From an uncultured cyanobacterium (GTDB lineage Bacteria > Cyanobacteriota > Cyanobacteriia > Cyanobacteriales > CAWCAG01), in NCBI GenBank assembly GCA_963793425.1, contig CAWCAG010000001.1, forward strand, positions 1-64,000: 64,000 nt of DNA, written 5' to 3'. The translations under genes were made by a program, and so were the position numbers. The notes under the pieces were generated by a model, which saw only the letters and a list, made by a program, of their open reading frames with translations, was not told where the DNA came from and ran no database searches. This document shows, piece after piece, positions 40,528-50,152 of this stretch. Positions within the stretch are counted from its first letter, which is position 1, and each line of letters opens with the position of its first letter.

Positions 40528-41773
40528 ACTTTTTCTGTTGTTCGCTGTACGTATTAAAAATGATCAGAAGTATCCAGAGGAAAGGATGATAAAAAGTTGA
40601 GATAATGAATAGGTGCATAGTTCCTGACAGAAATCCTGTCAGGAACCATAGTTTTCCTGGTAATTGTGACACTGTTATCCTGTACAAAGAAAGGCATAAA
40701 AACAAAGCAATCGGTAAGAAAGAAACTAATCCACCCTCAAGTATTAAAAATAAGTACCAGTTTAGTGAGCTATCTAAATTATTGCTTGATTGAGAGCCTA
40801 CCCCCTTACCAAGCAAAGGAGCTTTTGGTATATTCTTGAGACTAGCTTCCCAAGCTGCTAGTCTCGTTTGTGCGCTTCCGTCTTGCTGAAGAGTGACTTT
40901 TGTCCAGATAGGGAACGTATATTTTTTTATAATAGATTGTGTTTGGAAAATATCCAAGACAATAGTAGTAGATAGCAAAATAATTACTAACAAAGTTAAG
41001 ATTATTTTTGCTATATATTTGCGAGAAAGATTGATTGAGTAATTATGTGAGCATATTAATAATGTTGTAATTAGGAAGCCTATAGGCAAAAATACCATAG
41101 CTGCTGAAAATGTAGTCAACCAGGCAAAAACCACAAGCAAAGTTATAGAACTTTTTATTAGGTTAGAGATAGTAACAGTAAATTTACAAATACTCTTCCC
41201 TTTCCATAAAGTCCACAAAGCAATAGGAGTAAGTGTGTTCAGGTAAAATGCTAATATAGTTGGCTCATGTGCTAAACCATAGCTTCTAGAAAATTGACCT
41301 AAATAAGTTGCTCTAGCTACATTTTCTCTAGGTATAAGTGTTTGAATATCAAAGTTAGTCAAAAGCTCTATCAGAAACTCAGATGCTGTAAAAAAGCTAA
41401 TGAAAATTACAGCAATTGTATTAATTTTAAGTAGAGCATAATAGCTAGCATTTTTATAAGCAATACCTTTTAATACTAAATATCCTAAAATCAATACACA
41501 GAAGTAGGCTAATATGTAACTTAGCGTCTTTTCATTCCAATTGGCAATTCCTGACAAACATACTCCTATGAAGCAGGCAATAACAAACAAATCCTCTGTC
41601 TTGTATATATGATGAGAGATTTTTCGCTTACCAACAATAGACGCGAAATATATTCCTATTATAACCAATAGTATTAAAATACTTATAGGTAGATTAGGAG
41701 CTAAAGAATAGGCATCTGTCCAGCTTACAAAGAAAATATAGCTGCAAATTAATGTTTGCAAAATTGACTTCAT
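40496..41773 (-). CDS. Wzy polymerase / O-antigen ligase family membrane protein
   Basis: Many TM segments, RSYGLAHEP, SAQTRL..W, PLLGKGVG, EGG. Confidence 0.8.
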   Translation of the reverse strand: MKSILQTLICSYIFFVSWTDAYSLAPNLPISILILLVIIGIYFASIVGKRKISHHIYKTEDLFVIACFIGVCLSGIANWNEKTLSYILAYFCVLILGYLVLKGIAYKNASYYALLKINTIAVIFISFFTASEFLIELLTNFDIQTLIPRENVARATYLGQFSRSYGLAHEPTILAFYLNTLTPIALWTLWKGKSICKFTVTISNLIKSSITLLVVFAWLTTFSAAMVFLPIGFLITTLLICSHNYSINLSRKYIAKIILTLLVIILLSTTIVLDIFQTQSIIKKYTFPIWTKVTLQQDGSAQTRLAAWEASLKNIPKAPLLGKGVGSQSSNNLDSSLNWYLFLILEGGLVSFLPIALFLCLSLYRITVSQLPGKLWFLTGFLSGTMHLFIISTFYHPFLWILLIIFNTYSEQQKKYVQKAITSSY

Positions 41774-42612
41774 TTTTTATCTCTAAAGTTTTTATCTAGA
41801 GTTAAAGTAGTGCGCCCCTGCTTTAGCTTAACTCTTTCATACAAATGAAAGGTATCCAAAATTGTTTTTGTAATATCTCTAATTAATCTGTAGACAATAC
41901 CTAAAACTATGCGTGGAAGAGTATATTTATTTTTTTGAAGAACTCTAAATATTTCTACAACAGGTGCAATTTTCATAGAACTAGTAATACCCACCTTTCT
42001 GAAATGAGTTATTATTTCATTGATATAAACAGTTTTCACACTTTCTGAATGGTAAGCTTGCAACATAAAGTCATAATCAGCAGAAGTTTCAAAGCTTGAG
42101 TCGAAAAAACCAACCTTTGAATAATATACTCTTCTTCGTACAAAACAAGTAGGATGACTAAATGGTGCTTTTTCTACAAAAGAAAATCGGCTTTTTCTAA
42201 AGCCACAAATACTTTCTACTGCACCTTTATAATCACAATTTGCCATTGCACCGTGTACAATATCTAAGTTCTCATCATTGAGAAAAAGCTTAATAGCTTT
42301 CTCTACAGCAGAATGACTGTACCAATCATCACTGTTTAAAATACCAATAATCTTGCCACTTGCCGTTTTAATTCCTTTATTCATAGCATCGTAAATACCT
42401 TCGTCTGGTTCAGATATAAAACGAATTTTTTGAGGGGATTTAGATTCGTATTTTTTAATAATAGATAATGTATTATCTGTAGACTTACCATCTACGAAAA
42501 TATACTCAATATTTGTGTAAGTCTGATTCAAAACTGATTCTATTGCTTCTTTAAGATATTTTTCGCTATTGAGACAAACAGTAATCACTGACACTAATGG
42601 TTGTTCTTTCAT
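41770..42612 (-). CDS. GT2 glycosyltransferase
   Basis: VSVIT, DGKSTD, GIYDAMNKG, LNSDD. Confidence 0.92.
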   Translation of the reverse strand: MKEQPLVSVITVCLNSEKYLKEAIESVLNQTYTNIEYIFVDGKSTDNTLSIIKKYESKSPQKIRFISEPDEGIYDAMNKGIKTASGKIIGILNSDDWYSHSAVEKAIKLFLNDENLDIVHGAMANCDYKGAVESICGFRKSRFSFVEKAPFSHPTCFVRRRVYYSKVGFFDSSFETSADYDFMLQAYHSESVKTVYINEIITHFRKVGITSSMKIAPVVEIFRVLQKNKYTLPRIVLGIVYRLIRDITKTILDTFHLYERVKLKQGRTTLTLDKNFRDKK

Positions 42613-42622
42613 ATCGATACTC

Positions 42623-43540
42623 TTATTTAACTCGCTCTAACCAAAAGCATCCAGGCCATCCGTCATCTCGATTACTCAAACCAACTAGAGATTCTTCCAT
42701 CAATTTAGGGTATTTTCTGTACATATAATTACCAGCAAATAGAACTCTAAAGCTGTTGTTGTAAGTTAGAAACATCTGAAGTAAATATTGTTCATTCCAA
42801 AATTTCTTTCCCTTGATTAGCCACTCTTTAGGATATTCGTATGGGAAACAGATGTCATGTATATGTACTATTGTTCCTACTGGCACTCTTGATAGTAATT
42901 TGAGGTAAATAAAATGCACATCATTACCACATTTAGCAACATGAGATGAATCAATAAATAATATATCTCCACTACTTATATGCTCAAGAAGTTTATCACC
43001 TAACTTCTCTGCTTTCATTTGAAGAAGTTCTACATTGTTACTTTGTTTAACAAGTTCGAGAAGAAAGGCATTGGGATATGGCTCAATTGAACTTACTTTT
43101 CCATAATGCCCTTCTTCTTCGTTCCTCTTTAAGGCAGTTGACGAAACTTTAGTAGAAGAACCTGCTCCTATTTCCACTATTCGCTTCGGTTTATATTCTC
43201 TAAGCATACCGTACAAAACTGAGCCATCGCCATTTGACTCATAACCGGAGTGAGTGTAAAGACTAGAATACTCTTCTACATACCTAGTTATTTCACCCAA
43301 CAAATTAAGCATAGCTTGATCATCAAAATTAATCCCTTCCAAAGGAAATATTTCACTGAAGTCATAGCTTTTCAAATCTGCTGTATCTGGGATAGGCCAA
43401 TAGAAATGATTGGGAGAAATGTGGACTCCTAATTTTTCCCACAAAGTCCAAGTTTTTATACAAAATTTCCTAATCCCTTTTTCTGTCAAAGTATTTAAGT
43501 TTATCATTTTGTAGCTTTTACCTCCTGATAACTTCTTCAA
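42623..43540 (-). CDS. Class I SAM-dependent methyltransferase
   Basis: VEIGAGSST, LFIDSSH, HIHDI, WNEQY. Confidence 0.88.
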   Translation of the reverse strand: MKKLSGGKSYKMINLNTLTEKGIRKFCIKTWTLWEKLGVHISPNHFYWPIPDTADLKSYDFSEIFPLEGINFDDQAMLNLLGEITRYVEEYSSLYTHSGYESNGDGSVLYGMLREYKPKRIVEIGAGSSTKVSSTALKRNEEEGHYGKVSSIEPYPNAFLLELVKQSNNVELLQMKAEKLGDKLLEHISSGDILFIDSSHVAKCGNDVHFIYLKLLSRVPVGTIVHIHDICFPYEYPKEWLIKGKKFWNEQYLLQMFLTYNNSFRVLFAGNYMYRKYPKLMEESLVGLSNRDDGWPGCFWLERVK

Positions 43541-43552
43541 TAAATATCATAA

Positions 43553-44296
43553 TCACTCTTTTACAAAAATACTGTCTTCCTGTAATATTCGACCACTTTT
43601 ACGACTACGTAAATCTTCAAGTGAGCCTGCGTAAGTAAAGCCCCAATTTACCAGTTGCTTATATATATCGTTGAATAGCGGCTGAGATTTGTATAATTCC
43701 TCAAATGAAGTTTCTAAGATAATAACTTTGGCTCTTTTGATAGTCTTTTCACCACCTCGCAAAACTTTATCTTCATAACCTTGAACATCTACTTTAATCA
43801 AAAGAGAATCGATAATAGTGAGCTTATCAGCAATAGTATCCAGCCTTTCAACCGTTATACTGATAGGTTTGCTGTTGCTAGTTTTGGGAAATTCTGTCTT
43901 GTGCAAGTTAGTCATCTCTAGTAGAGATGAAGATGGTGTAAAGTCATTCCATTCAATTATTGAATCTCTGCACTCATCTCCTAGTGCTATATTGAACCCT
44001 GTGAAGTTTTTCACGTTTGCCATTCTTCTCTGTAACTTCTCAAAGCATTTTGGCAAAGGTTCAAATGAGTAAATTTGTGCTTGTGGAAAAATAGCATTGA
44101 TGGTAACCGCAGATATACCAGCATGAGCGCCTATGTCAATTACAGTTCTAATGTTAAGTGATTTAAGCCAGGGCTGATCGAGTGAGATGAATTTGTTAAT
44201 CGAACCTCCCTTGCGTTTCAACAGTAAAAGCTTTGGGTTTTCAATTATATGAGTTACTATTTGGATTCGATAAGCTATTTTTGAGAGTAAAGCCAT
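43553..44296 (-). CDS. FkbM family methyltransferase
   Basis: IDIGAHAG, SFEP, IKVDVQGYE. Confidence 0.92.
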   Translation of the reverse strand: MALLSKIAYRIQIVTHIIENPKLLLLKRKGGSINKFISLDQPWLKSLNIRTVIDIGAHAGISAVTINAIFPQAQIYSFEPLPKCFEKLQRRMANVKNFTGFNIALGDECRDSIIEWNDFTPSSSLLEMTNLHKTEFPKTSNSKPISITVERLDTIADKLTIIDSLLIKVDVQGYEDKVLRGGEKTIKRAKVIILETSFEELYKSQPLFNDIYKQLVNWGFTYAGSLEDLRSRKSGRILQEDSIFVKE

Positions 44297-44305
44297 GTAT
44301 TGTTC

Positions 44306-45248
44306 TTATGTTAGTTTCTGTTTTGTGGCTATAAAATTATAAATTTTCTTACCAAAGTTGTTACGGTAATCTTTGATTTTGACTAAAAGGTTTGCTTTAT
44401 CAAAATAGTATAGCAGTTCTCAATCACATGAGGTACACTAGCATTTTCTAATGCTCCCTACTCCCTCAAACCAAGGTCTTTTGTACCTAACTAGTACGAG
44501 AATTGCTATATAAGTTTATTCCCAAGTTCATTAGTTCTTCTAGCAAATCTTTAACTGAATAAGCAAAGCCAATTGTATTTAGGTCAGAAGCTTCAAAGAT
44601 AATTAATAATTTTTCATTAGAAAATAAAACATTTTTTAGTCCTTCAAAAACAAGTTTCTCTGCACCCTCTACATCTATCTTTATGCAATCTACTTTATTT
44701 ACCTTATAATCTTCTGCAAACTTATCTATGCTAACTGTTGGGACAGAACACCATTCCTCTATCTGTTGCAACGGATGATTGTTTTTAGCCATAGAGTTCA
44801 TAGCACCATCTTCAGAAATTGCAAACTTAGCCGTACCATTTTTGTTACTGACAGCAGACTCTATAACTGTTACATTAGTCAGATGATTAATCGCAATATT
44901 ATGGTGAAGTAATTTCAATTCTCGTTGTCCTGGTTCAAAAGCGTAGACATGACCAGTTATTCCTACTTGCTTTGCTGCTATAACTGTAAAAAAACCAGCA
45001 TTAGCACCTACATCAAGAAAAATATCGCCAGGCTTTAACAAATTTAGCAAAAACTTAGCTTCAACAGTTTCAAAGCCTCCACAGAATAAGGCACAGCCAA
45101 TAGCAGTTTTCAGTGGATAGTCAAAGCGAGAGCCATCAATCAAAGAGAAAGTGCTAACTTCATCTACTGGCAAAATACATCTTGCCTTAAATACATATAA
45201 CAAAAAGCGACGGCGAACCCTAGACAATAAATTACTAATAGTCAACAT
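44306..45248 (-). pseudogene. FkbM family methyltransferase truncated by a MITE
   Basis: LDVGANAG, FEP, KIDVEGAE. ORF stops inside the MITE; excision restores ..GINLY|YFDKANLLVKIKDYRNNFGKKIYNFIATKQKLT*. Confidence 0.85.
44411..44508. mobile_element. 98-bp MITE with TA target duplication
   Basis: Imperfect TIRs TAGCAGTTCTC..GAGGTACA and TGTACCTA..GAGAATTGCTA; TA at 44409-44410 and 44509-44510. Confidence 0.85.
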
Positions 45249-46708
45249 TTTTTAGTCAAACTCTGAATTAGATCCTGGAGGTTGATTCCTCTCACTGAAT
45301 TAAACCAAGCCAAAACAATAATAACTTGCACTACAAGGATCAATACTCTATAGACCAGTGAATCAGGAGAAATTATACTGATAAATGTAATCAATAAAAA
45401 CCAAGCTACTGGTACTTTCAGCCAATGTAACCATAATTTGGTACGAATGGTCAATTTTTTCATCGCAAAAAATGTTAGTAACCAGACGAACAAGTAACCA
45501 GCATTTCCTACAGTTGCTCCTAACAAACCAAAATTATATGAACCAATAGTTATAAAAATAAGCGATATGCTTCCACTAATAAACTGAATGGCCGTGAAAC
45601 TTCTTGCAAAGCCTAAACCAAGAAGAATGTAGTAACCAACTGCGTTAAGAGAATAAAATGAATAAATTACTGTGGCAAAGTAAAATGCTAGTGTGTATGC
45701 AGCAGTATACTTGCCCGGAATCATAACTTCTACTACTTGAGGCGCAAGTGCCATAAGTATTGCACCTGTTCCCAAAGCAAATACACAATTTATCTCTAAT
45801 GATTGTTTCACTTGCCTTTGCAGGACTAGCTTATCGAATTTCCCTTGAGCAGTCTGCTTGCTTATTGCTGGAAGTAAGGGTTGAATAGCCAAAGCAGAGA
45901 GTGAATTAATTTGTACTGTTATATTAGTAATCGCTGCATAAACTCCTAACAAGGTAGTTCCTAATGAAGCTCCAACCAATATCCGATCAACTCTGCTGAA
46001 GAGTGCGCCCCCTAGTGAGCCTAACCAGGTTGTCAAGCTATATTTAGCAATAGTTAATCCTTTATTTCTATCCCAAGTTGGGCGTATTTTCATACCTCTA
46101 AAAAGCAACCAGACAACCAAACAATGGGCAATTAAAATTCCTATGCTTGTTACTGCGTGCCACTGCATTAGCTCTTCTGTTTTTCCACCAAGCCAAGCAA
46201 CCACTAACATACCGAAGTTAATAAAAACTATCTGGATTGTATTAATAATATTGATTAATGCGTACTTTTGATAAGCCTGTTCAACTCCAATAAAAACTCT
46301 TTGGAGTAATTGTGTCCAGACTACTACTGCACCAACCTGTAGAGCTTTCACAATAGGTGAATGCTGACTTTGAGGTAGTCTAGGTAATAATTCTACTAGC
46401 TCCGGAGCAATAATCAATAAGCAAATAGCTGCTGAGGTTGCCAACAGTAACATAGTGCCTAATGCTACTGTTAGCGTCTGAGAGATACCATCAACATCCT
46501 TATTAGCTAAATCCCTAGATAAAAAGACAGTGGTAGATACAGAAAGACCAGCTTCTGCTAAACCGACAATTCCAACCATAGTTGAAGCCAGCGTCCATAC
46601 ACCATATTCTTCAATACCAATGAGGCGTATAAGTAGCGGAATAGTCAGTGTAGACAATCCTATACGAATTACTGCACCTAAAACATTATAAAGCCCATTT
46701 TTTAGCAC
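45242..46708 (-). CDS. Wzx-type oligosaccharide flippase
   Basis: KNGLYN..G, PLLIRLIG.EEYGVW, DRILVG..LG...LGVY; multi-TM. Confidence 0.9.
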   Translation of the reverse strand: MLKNGLYNVLGAVIRIGLSTLTIPLLIRLIGIEEYGVWTLASTMVGIVGLAEAGLSVSTTVFLSRDLANKDVDGISQTLTVALGTMLLLATSAAICLLIIAPELVELLPRLPQSQHSPIVKALQVGAVVVWTQLLQRVFIGVEQAYQKYALINIINTIQIVFINFGMLVVAWLGGKTEELMQWHAVTSIGILIAHCLVVWLLFRGMKIRPTWDRNKGLTIAKYSLTTWLGSLGGALFSRVDRILVGASLGTTLLGVYAAITNITVQINSLSALAIQPLLPAISKQTAQGKFDKLVLQRQVKQSLEINCVFALGTGAILMALAPQVVEVMIPGKYTAAYTLAFYFATVIYSFYSLNAVGYYILLGLGFARSFTAIQFISGSISLIFITIGSYNFGLLGATVGNAGYLFVWLLTFFAMKKLTIRTKLWLHWLKVPVAWFLLITFISIISPDSLVYRVLILVVQVIIVLAWFNSVRGINLQDLIQSLTKKC

Positions 46709-46809
46709 TTATACGTTTTCATAACTCCTAGTAAGCTTTTCTGGTATTGACACTTGATCAAGGATTATTTGAAGGGTTATGATTCTAATTTCATAAGTTG
46801 CTATCATAA

Positions 46810-47541
46810 CTACTTTGGCAATTCTCCAAAAACTTCCCGATAACGCTCCAACTCAGCCTCCAACTCTAAAACCCTTCGCCGCTCCCCCTCCGCAATCGTA
46901 GGAAGCCAACTTCCCTCCCCATCAAACCAACGCAACCAAAGCCGCTCAATGCCATCATACCTCCCCTGCCATAATCCCAACCCTAACTCTAGACTAGGAA
47001 TCCAGAAACGAGACTCAGAAAGCTCAATAGAAATGTAACGGTCAGCTTGAAGAGTAAAAACTTGCAACTCATCGTTGTAGCGGTCAAAAACAACATAATA
47101 AGGAACACGCAAAACCTGTTCATAAACCTCCCACTTCGTAGATGGTTGATTAACCTCCCGCAAAGTTTGCCCCAAATCCTCCTTCTCCGTCCCTGGTGAC
47201 AGCAACTCCACCACAATAAAGGGATTAACCCCTTCTTGCCAAACCACATAACTCAACCGCAAGTCTCGCTCTTCATATAACCGGGAAACCCCCAACACAG
47301 CAAACCAATCCGGACGCTTATACCATTGGCTATGGCGGGGGTCATAGTAAAGATTGAGGTCAGTCCCTGTAAAAATCTGGTCAGGAGAATAACCCACCGG
47401 GCGAAAAGTCTCCCGTAAAAGCTGGGGTTGCAAGTTGTGAAATTCGTCCGGCAAACCAGGCTCTTCTGGATCTTCGCTCTTGAGATCATACATTGTCGGT
47501 AAAACTTCTTTTGGGGGTTTGGGAGGGTTGGTTTGGTACAT
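46810..47541 (-). CDS. Uma2 family endonuclease
   Basis: LPTMYDL, KRPDWF, VELLSPGT. Confidence 0.9.
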   Translation of the reverse strand: MYQTNPPKPPKEVLPTMYDLKSEDPEEPGLPDEFHNLQPQLLRETFRPVGYSPDQIFTGTDLNLYYDPRHSQWYKRPDWFAVLGVSRLYEERDLRLSYVVWQEGVNPFIVVELLSPGTEKEDLGQTLREVNQPSTKWEVYEQVLRVPYYVVFDRYNDELQVFTLQADRYISIELSESRFWIPSLELGLGLWQGRYDGIERLWLRWFDGEGSWLPTIAEGERRRVLELEAELERYREVFGELPK

Positions 47542-47600
47542 TGTTATAGCGAGTAGTAGTCTGTCAATTTCCAATTGACGGTTAAAGGGTAAGGGGGAAA

Positions 47601-47648
47601 GCGCCGAGACCCCGCGTCGGCGTAAGACGCAAGGGAATGCTCGGTAAG
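47601..47648 (+). repeat. Structured dispersed mini-repeat, copy C (intergenic)
   Basis: GCGCCGAG-ACCCCGCGTCGGCGTAAGACGCAAGGGAATG-CTCGGTAAG within a TAAGGG-like tract. Confidence 0.85.
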
Positions 47649-47736
47649 ACAGGGTAAGGGTAGTACACTTGATACTTAAGTTATACCCAAATTCAAGGTA
47701 ACTTCCATAAGCTGCTCCTAGTTTTTACTGAAGATA

Positions 47737-48186
47737 TTACATAGATTTTAAATCAGGCAGAAAACTTCTCTCCAAAATCTCCCCTAACTCAAAAGGACAA
47801 GACAAGGGAAACACTTCCTCAGAAAGACCAGTTTCTCTAGAAGCATCCCGCACCGCCTTCGGGTAAACCATCTCCAGCCCTGCCTCTAACTTCCCCCGCA
47901 AACTAGGACTATCCAACAACAACGCTTCAATTTCATCCCTCTGATGCTCAATTGTTACCAACCAACTCTTGCTTTGCTTTTCCGGTTGGTATTGCCATTT
48001 GAGGAGGTGCATCACTAAAACTTGTAAGCGGCTACGCAGTTGACGCAGATCAAGCTTCCCCATACTTTCTAATTCTTCAGCAATATGCTCACCATCAATT
48101 TCTGTCAGACGACCATCTCGTAACAACTCCACATTTTTATTCAGCCAAGCATGGAAATCTAGATCGTATTCAGCCTGTAAATCCAT
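47737..48186 (-). CDS. DUF29 family protein
   Basis: YDLDFHAW, EELESMG, HLLKWQYQP, SPSL, FP..CPF. Confidence 0.92.
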   Translation of the reverse strand: MDLQAEYDLDFHAWLNKNVELLRDGRLTEIDGEHIAEELESMGKLDLRQLRSRLQVLVMHLLKWQYQPEKQSKSWLVTIEHQRDEIEALLLDSPSLRGKLEAGLEMVYPKAVRDASRETGLSEEVFPLSCPFELGEILERSFLPDLKSM

Positions 48187-48221
48187 CGTCCCTCATGCTC
48201 CTATCTCAAACTAGAAACCAT

Positions 48222-48932
48222 TTATCCATTACTAGGTAAATTATTGGGATCTATACCTAAAGTACGCAAATATTCTGCTAACTGTTCCGCTCTTTGTTTT
48301 TCCTGAAGGGCAACTTCTTCTGGCAGCAAGTAGCGATCGCCAAATTCATCATACCAAGATAGAAACTCCTGTTCAATTCCACCAATAACCCCTTGATGTC
48401 TGCCTATTCCCAAACCAACTTCCGCCAGCCATAAAGGTTCGCCTATTTGTAGCTGATAATTACCCTCGACCAATTTATAAACTTCCAGAGGTTGATGTTG
48501 ATCCCGTTGCCAATATTCGGGGTTATAAATGATGTAATAAAGTACCCCTAATTTTTGATAAATTGCTAACTTTTCCTCATATTCGTTCCCTGGAGTGTAG
48601 GATACTATCTCTAACGTCAGAATTGGTACTACTTCCTTCTCTTCCCAAACAACATAGCTTCTGCGGGATTTGCCACCTTTTTTACGTTCTACCCCCAAGC
48701 TAAGAAATCCATCTGGGACTATAGGCACTCTAGGATTAAGACCTGTTGTATGGTAAATTCCCATATCTACACCGAAAAACCAATCAGTACGGTTAGTCCA
48801 GATTGAGTTCAGCAAAAATAGGAGAATATTAGGCAGAAAATTCTGGTCTTCATTGTCCACTGGTATATCATCCGAACAAGCTAATTCCTCGCTACTGGGT
48901 AAATCTATAAGCTTAAGTTGATCTAAGGACAT
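48222..48932 (-). CDS. Uma2 family endonuclease
   Basis: SDDIPVDNEDQ, VPDGFLSLG, LEIVS. Confidence 0.9.
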   Translation of the reverse strand: MSLDQLKLIDLPSSEELACSDDIPVDNEDQNFLPNILLFLLNSIWTNRTDWFFGVDMGIYHTTGLNPRVPIVPDGFLSLGVERKKGGKSRRSYVVWEEKEVVPILTLEIVSYTPGNEYEEKLAIYQKLGVLYYIIYNPEYWQRDQHQPLEVYKLVEGNYQLQIGEPLWLAEVGLGIGRHQGVIGGIEQEFLSWYDEFGDRYLLPEEVALQEKQRAEQLAEYLRTLGIDPNNLPSNG

Positions 48933-49008
48933 AAGCTGTTAGGGTAAGGTGATATTTAATTGTAGCGATTGTCTTAAATGTCAAGGTAAAAATCAAAAAA
49001 TCAGCCTT

Positions 49009-49132
49009 GTAGGGTGCTGTTAGCCGAAGGCGTAACGCACCATGTTTTTTGGGATTAACTTTGGTGCGTTACGGCGCGAACTCACTGAATGGGTTTGAGG
49101 TTAAAGTTAAATGCGCCCCTAACACACCCTAC
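49009..49132. repeat. Inverted pair of GTAG-family REP-like palindromes (BIME-like)
   Basis: GTAGGGTGCTGTTAGCCGAAGGCGTAACGCACC ... GGTGCGTTACG...CTAACACACCCTAC. Confidence 0.75.
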
Positions 49133-49162
49133 TAAAAACCCAAGTAGGGGCAAAAGATAAGA

Positions 49163-49639
49163 TCAGCCGACAATATCACTAATAATTGCCCCTGCTAAGG
49201 GATTGTCGAAACTACTATGGCGGAATAACCAATTAATTAATTGAGGCTCTATATTAAATACTTCTGCCGAAACTTTACCTTCTAAAAATAGCAAAACTAA
49301 TTCAAGTTGTAAGGTGATTTTGTTTCCTTGGGCATCGTAGATATTTATTCTGGAAAACTCTTGGGGATATTCGTTAATATCGTCGCCAAAATCTTGGAAA
49401 TAAGCATCAACTCCTAGATTTTCAGGGACAATAGATTTTAGCTTCGTAAAGAAATCTGCAACGTTATTTTCAAACAAATTAGGCTTAAGTGTTCCTTTGA
49501 AATTATTATCATCAAAGTTCAGATCAAATAGCTCTAAATTAAATCTTTCATCAATCAACTGTTTCAGTTGCTGAGTCGTTAATGTTGAGTTTTTAGTTTC
49601 AAAGCTTTTAACTACACCAAGTCCATAATAAGTTCCCAT
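49163..49639 (-). CDS. Hypothetical protein
   Basis: ORF with GGAGG RBS before MGTYYG; no family recognised. Confidence 0.65.
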   Translation of the reverse strand: MGTYYGLGVVKSFETKNSTLTTQQLKQLIDERFNLELFDLNFDDNNFKGTLKPNLFENNVADFFTKLKSIVPENLGVDAYFQDFGDDINEYPQEFSRINIYDAQGNKITLQLELVLLFLEGKVSAEVFNIEPQLINWLFRHSSFDNPLAGAIISDIVG

Positions 49640-49710
49640 TTTAGACCTCCCTAGTCGCAACTACTCTAAATGATGATATTAAATTAATGTAATCTTGAAA
49701 AAGGTTTGAT

Positions 49711-50034
49711 ATGAGTGGACATCAAAAATTCTCTAACCTAACTCAAAGTTTTTCGACCCAAAGGAAAGCAAAAATAGCGGCGAAAAAAACACAGCTATAT
49801 GAAGAAGTAGTCCTTGATGAATTGCGCCAAGCCTTAAAAATATCTCAGACAGAACTCGCAGCAAAACTAAAAGTCAAACAACCTGCTATTTCACTGTTGG
49901 AAAAGCGTACCGATATGTATGTTAGTCATTTGCGTCAAGTAATCCAAGCAATGGGAGGTGAGCTAGAAATAGTAGCACGTTTTAGGGATAGTGAGGTGAA
50001 AATTGAAAACTTCAGTGAGTTTACATCGAAATAG
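49711..50034 (+). CDS. XRE-family HTH protein (HigA-like antitoxin type)
   Basis: LRQALKISQTELAAKLKVKQPAIS..E...DMYVS.LR..I.AMGG.L. Confidence 0.85.
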   Translation: MSGHQKFSNLTQSFSTQRKAKIAAKKTQLYEEVVLDELRQALKISQTELAAKLKVKQPAISLLEKRTDMYVSHLRQVIQAMGGELEIVARFRDSEVKIENFSEFTSK

Positions 50035-50152
50035 CTTTCCATTAGAGCAAATCTACAACGCTTCTGGCTTACGACACAAAGTTTTTATAATGTGAGTATG
50101 TCTCAATTTTACTGCCTTAAGTAGCGCCATTTCTTAGATGGAAACCTTGACC

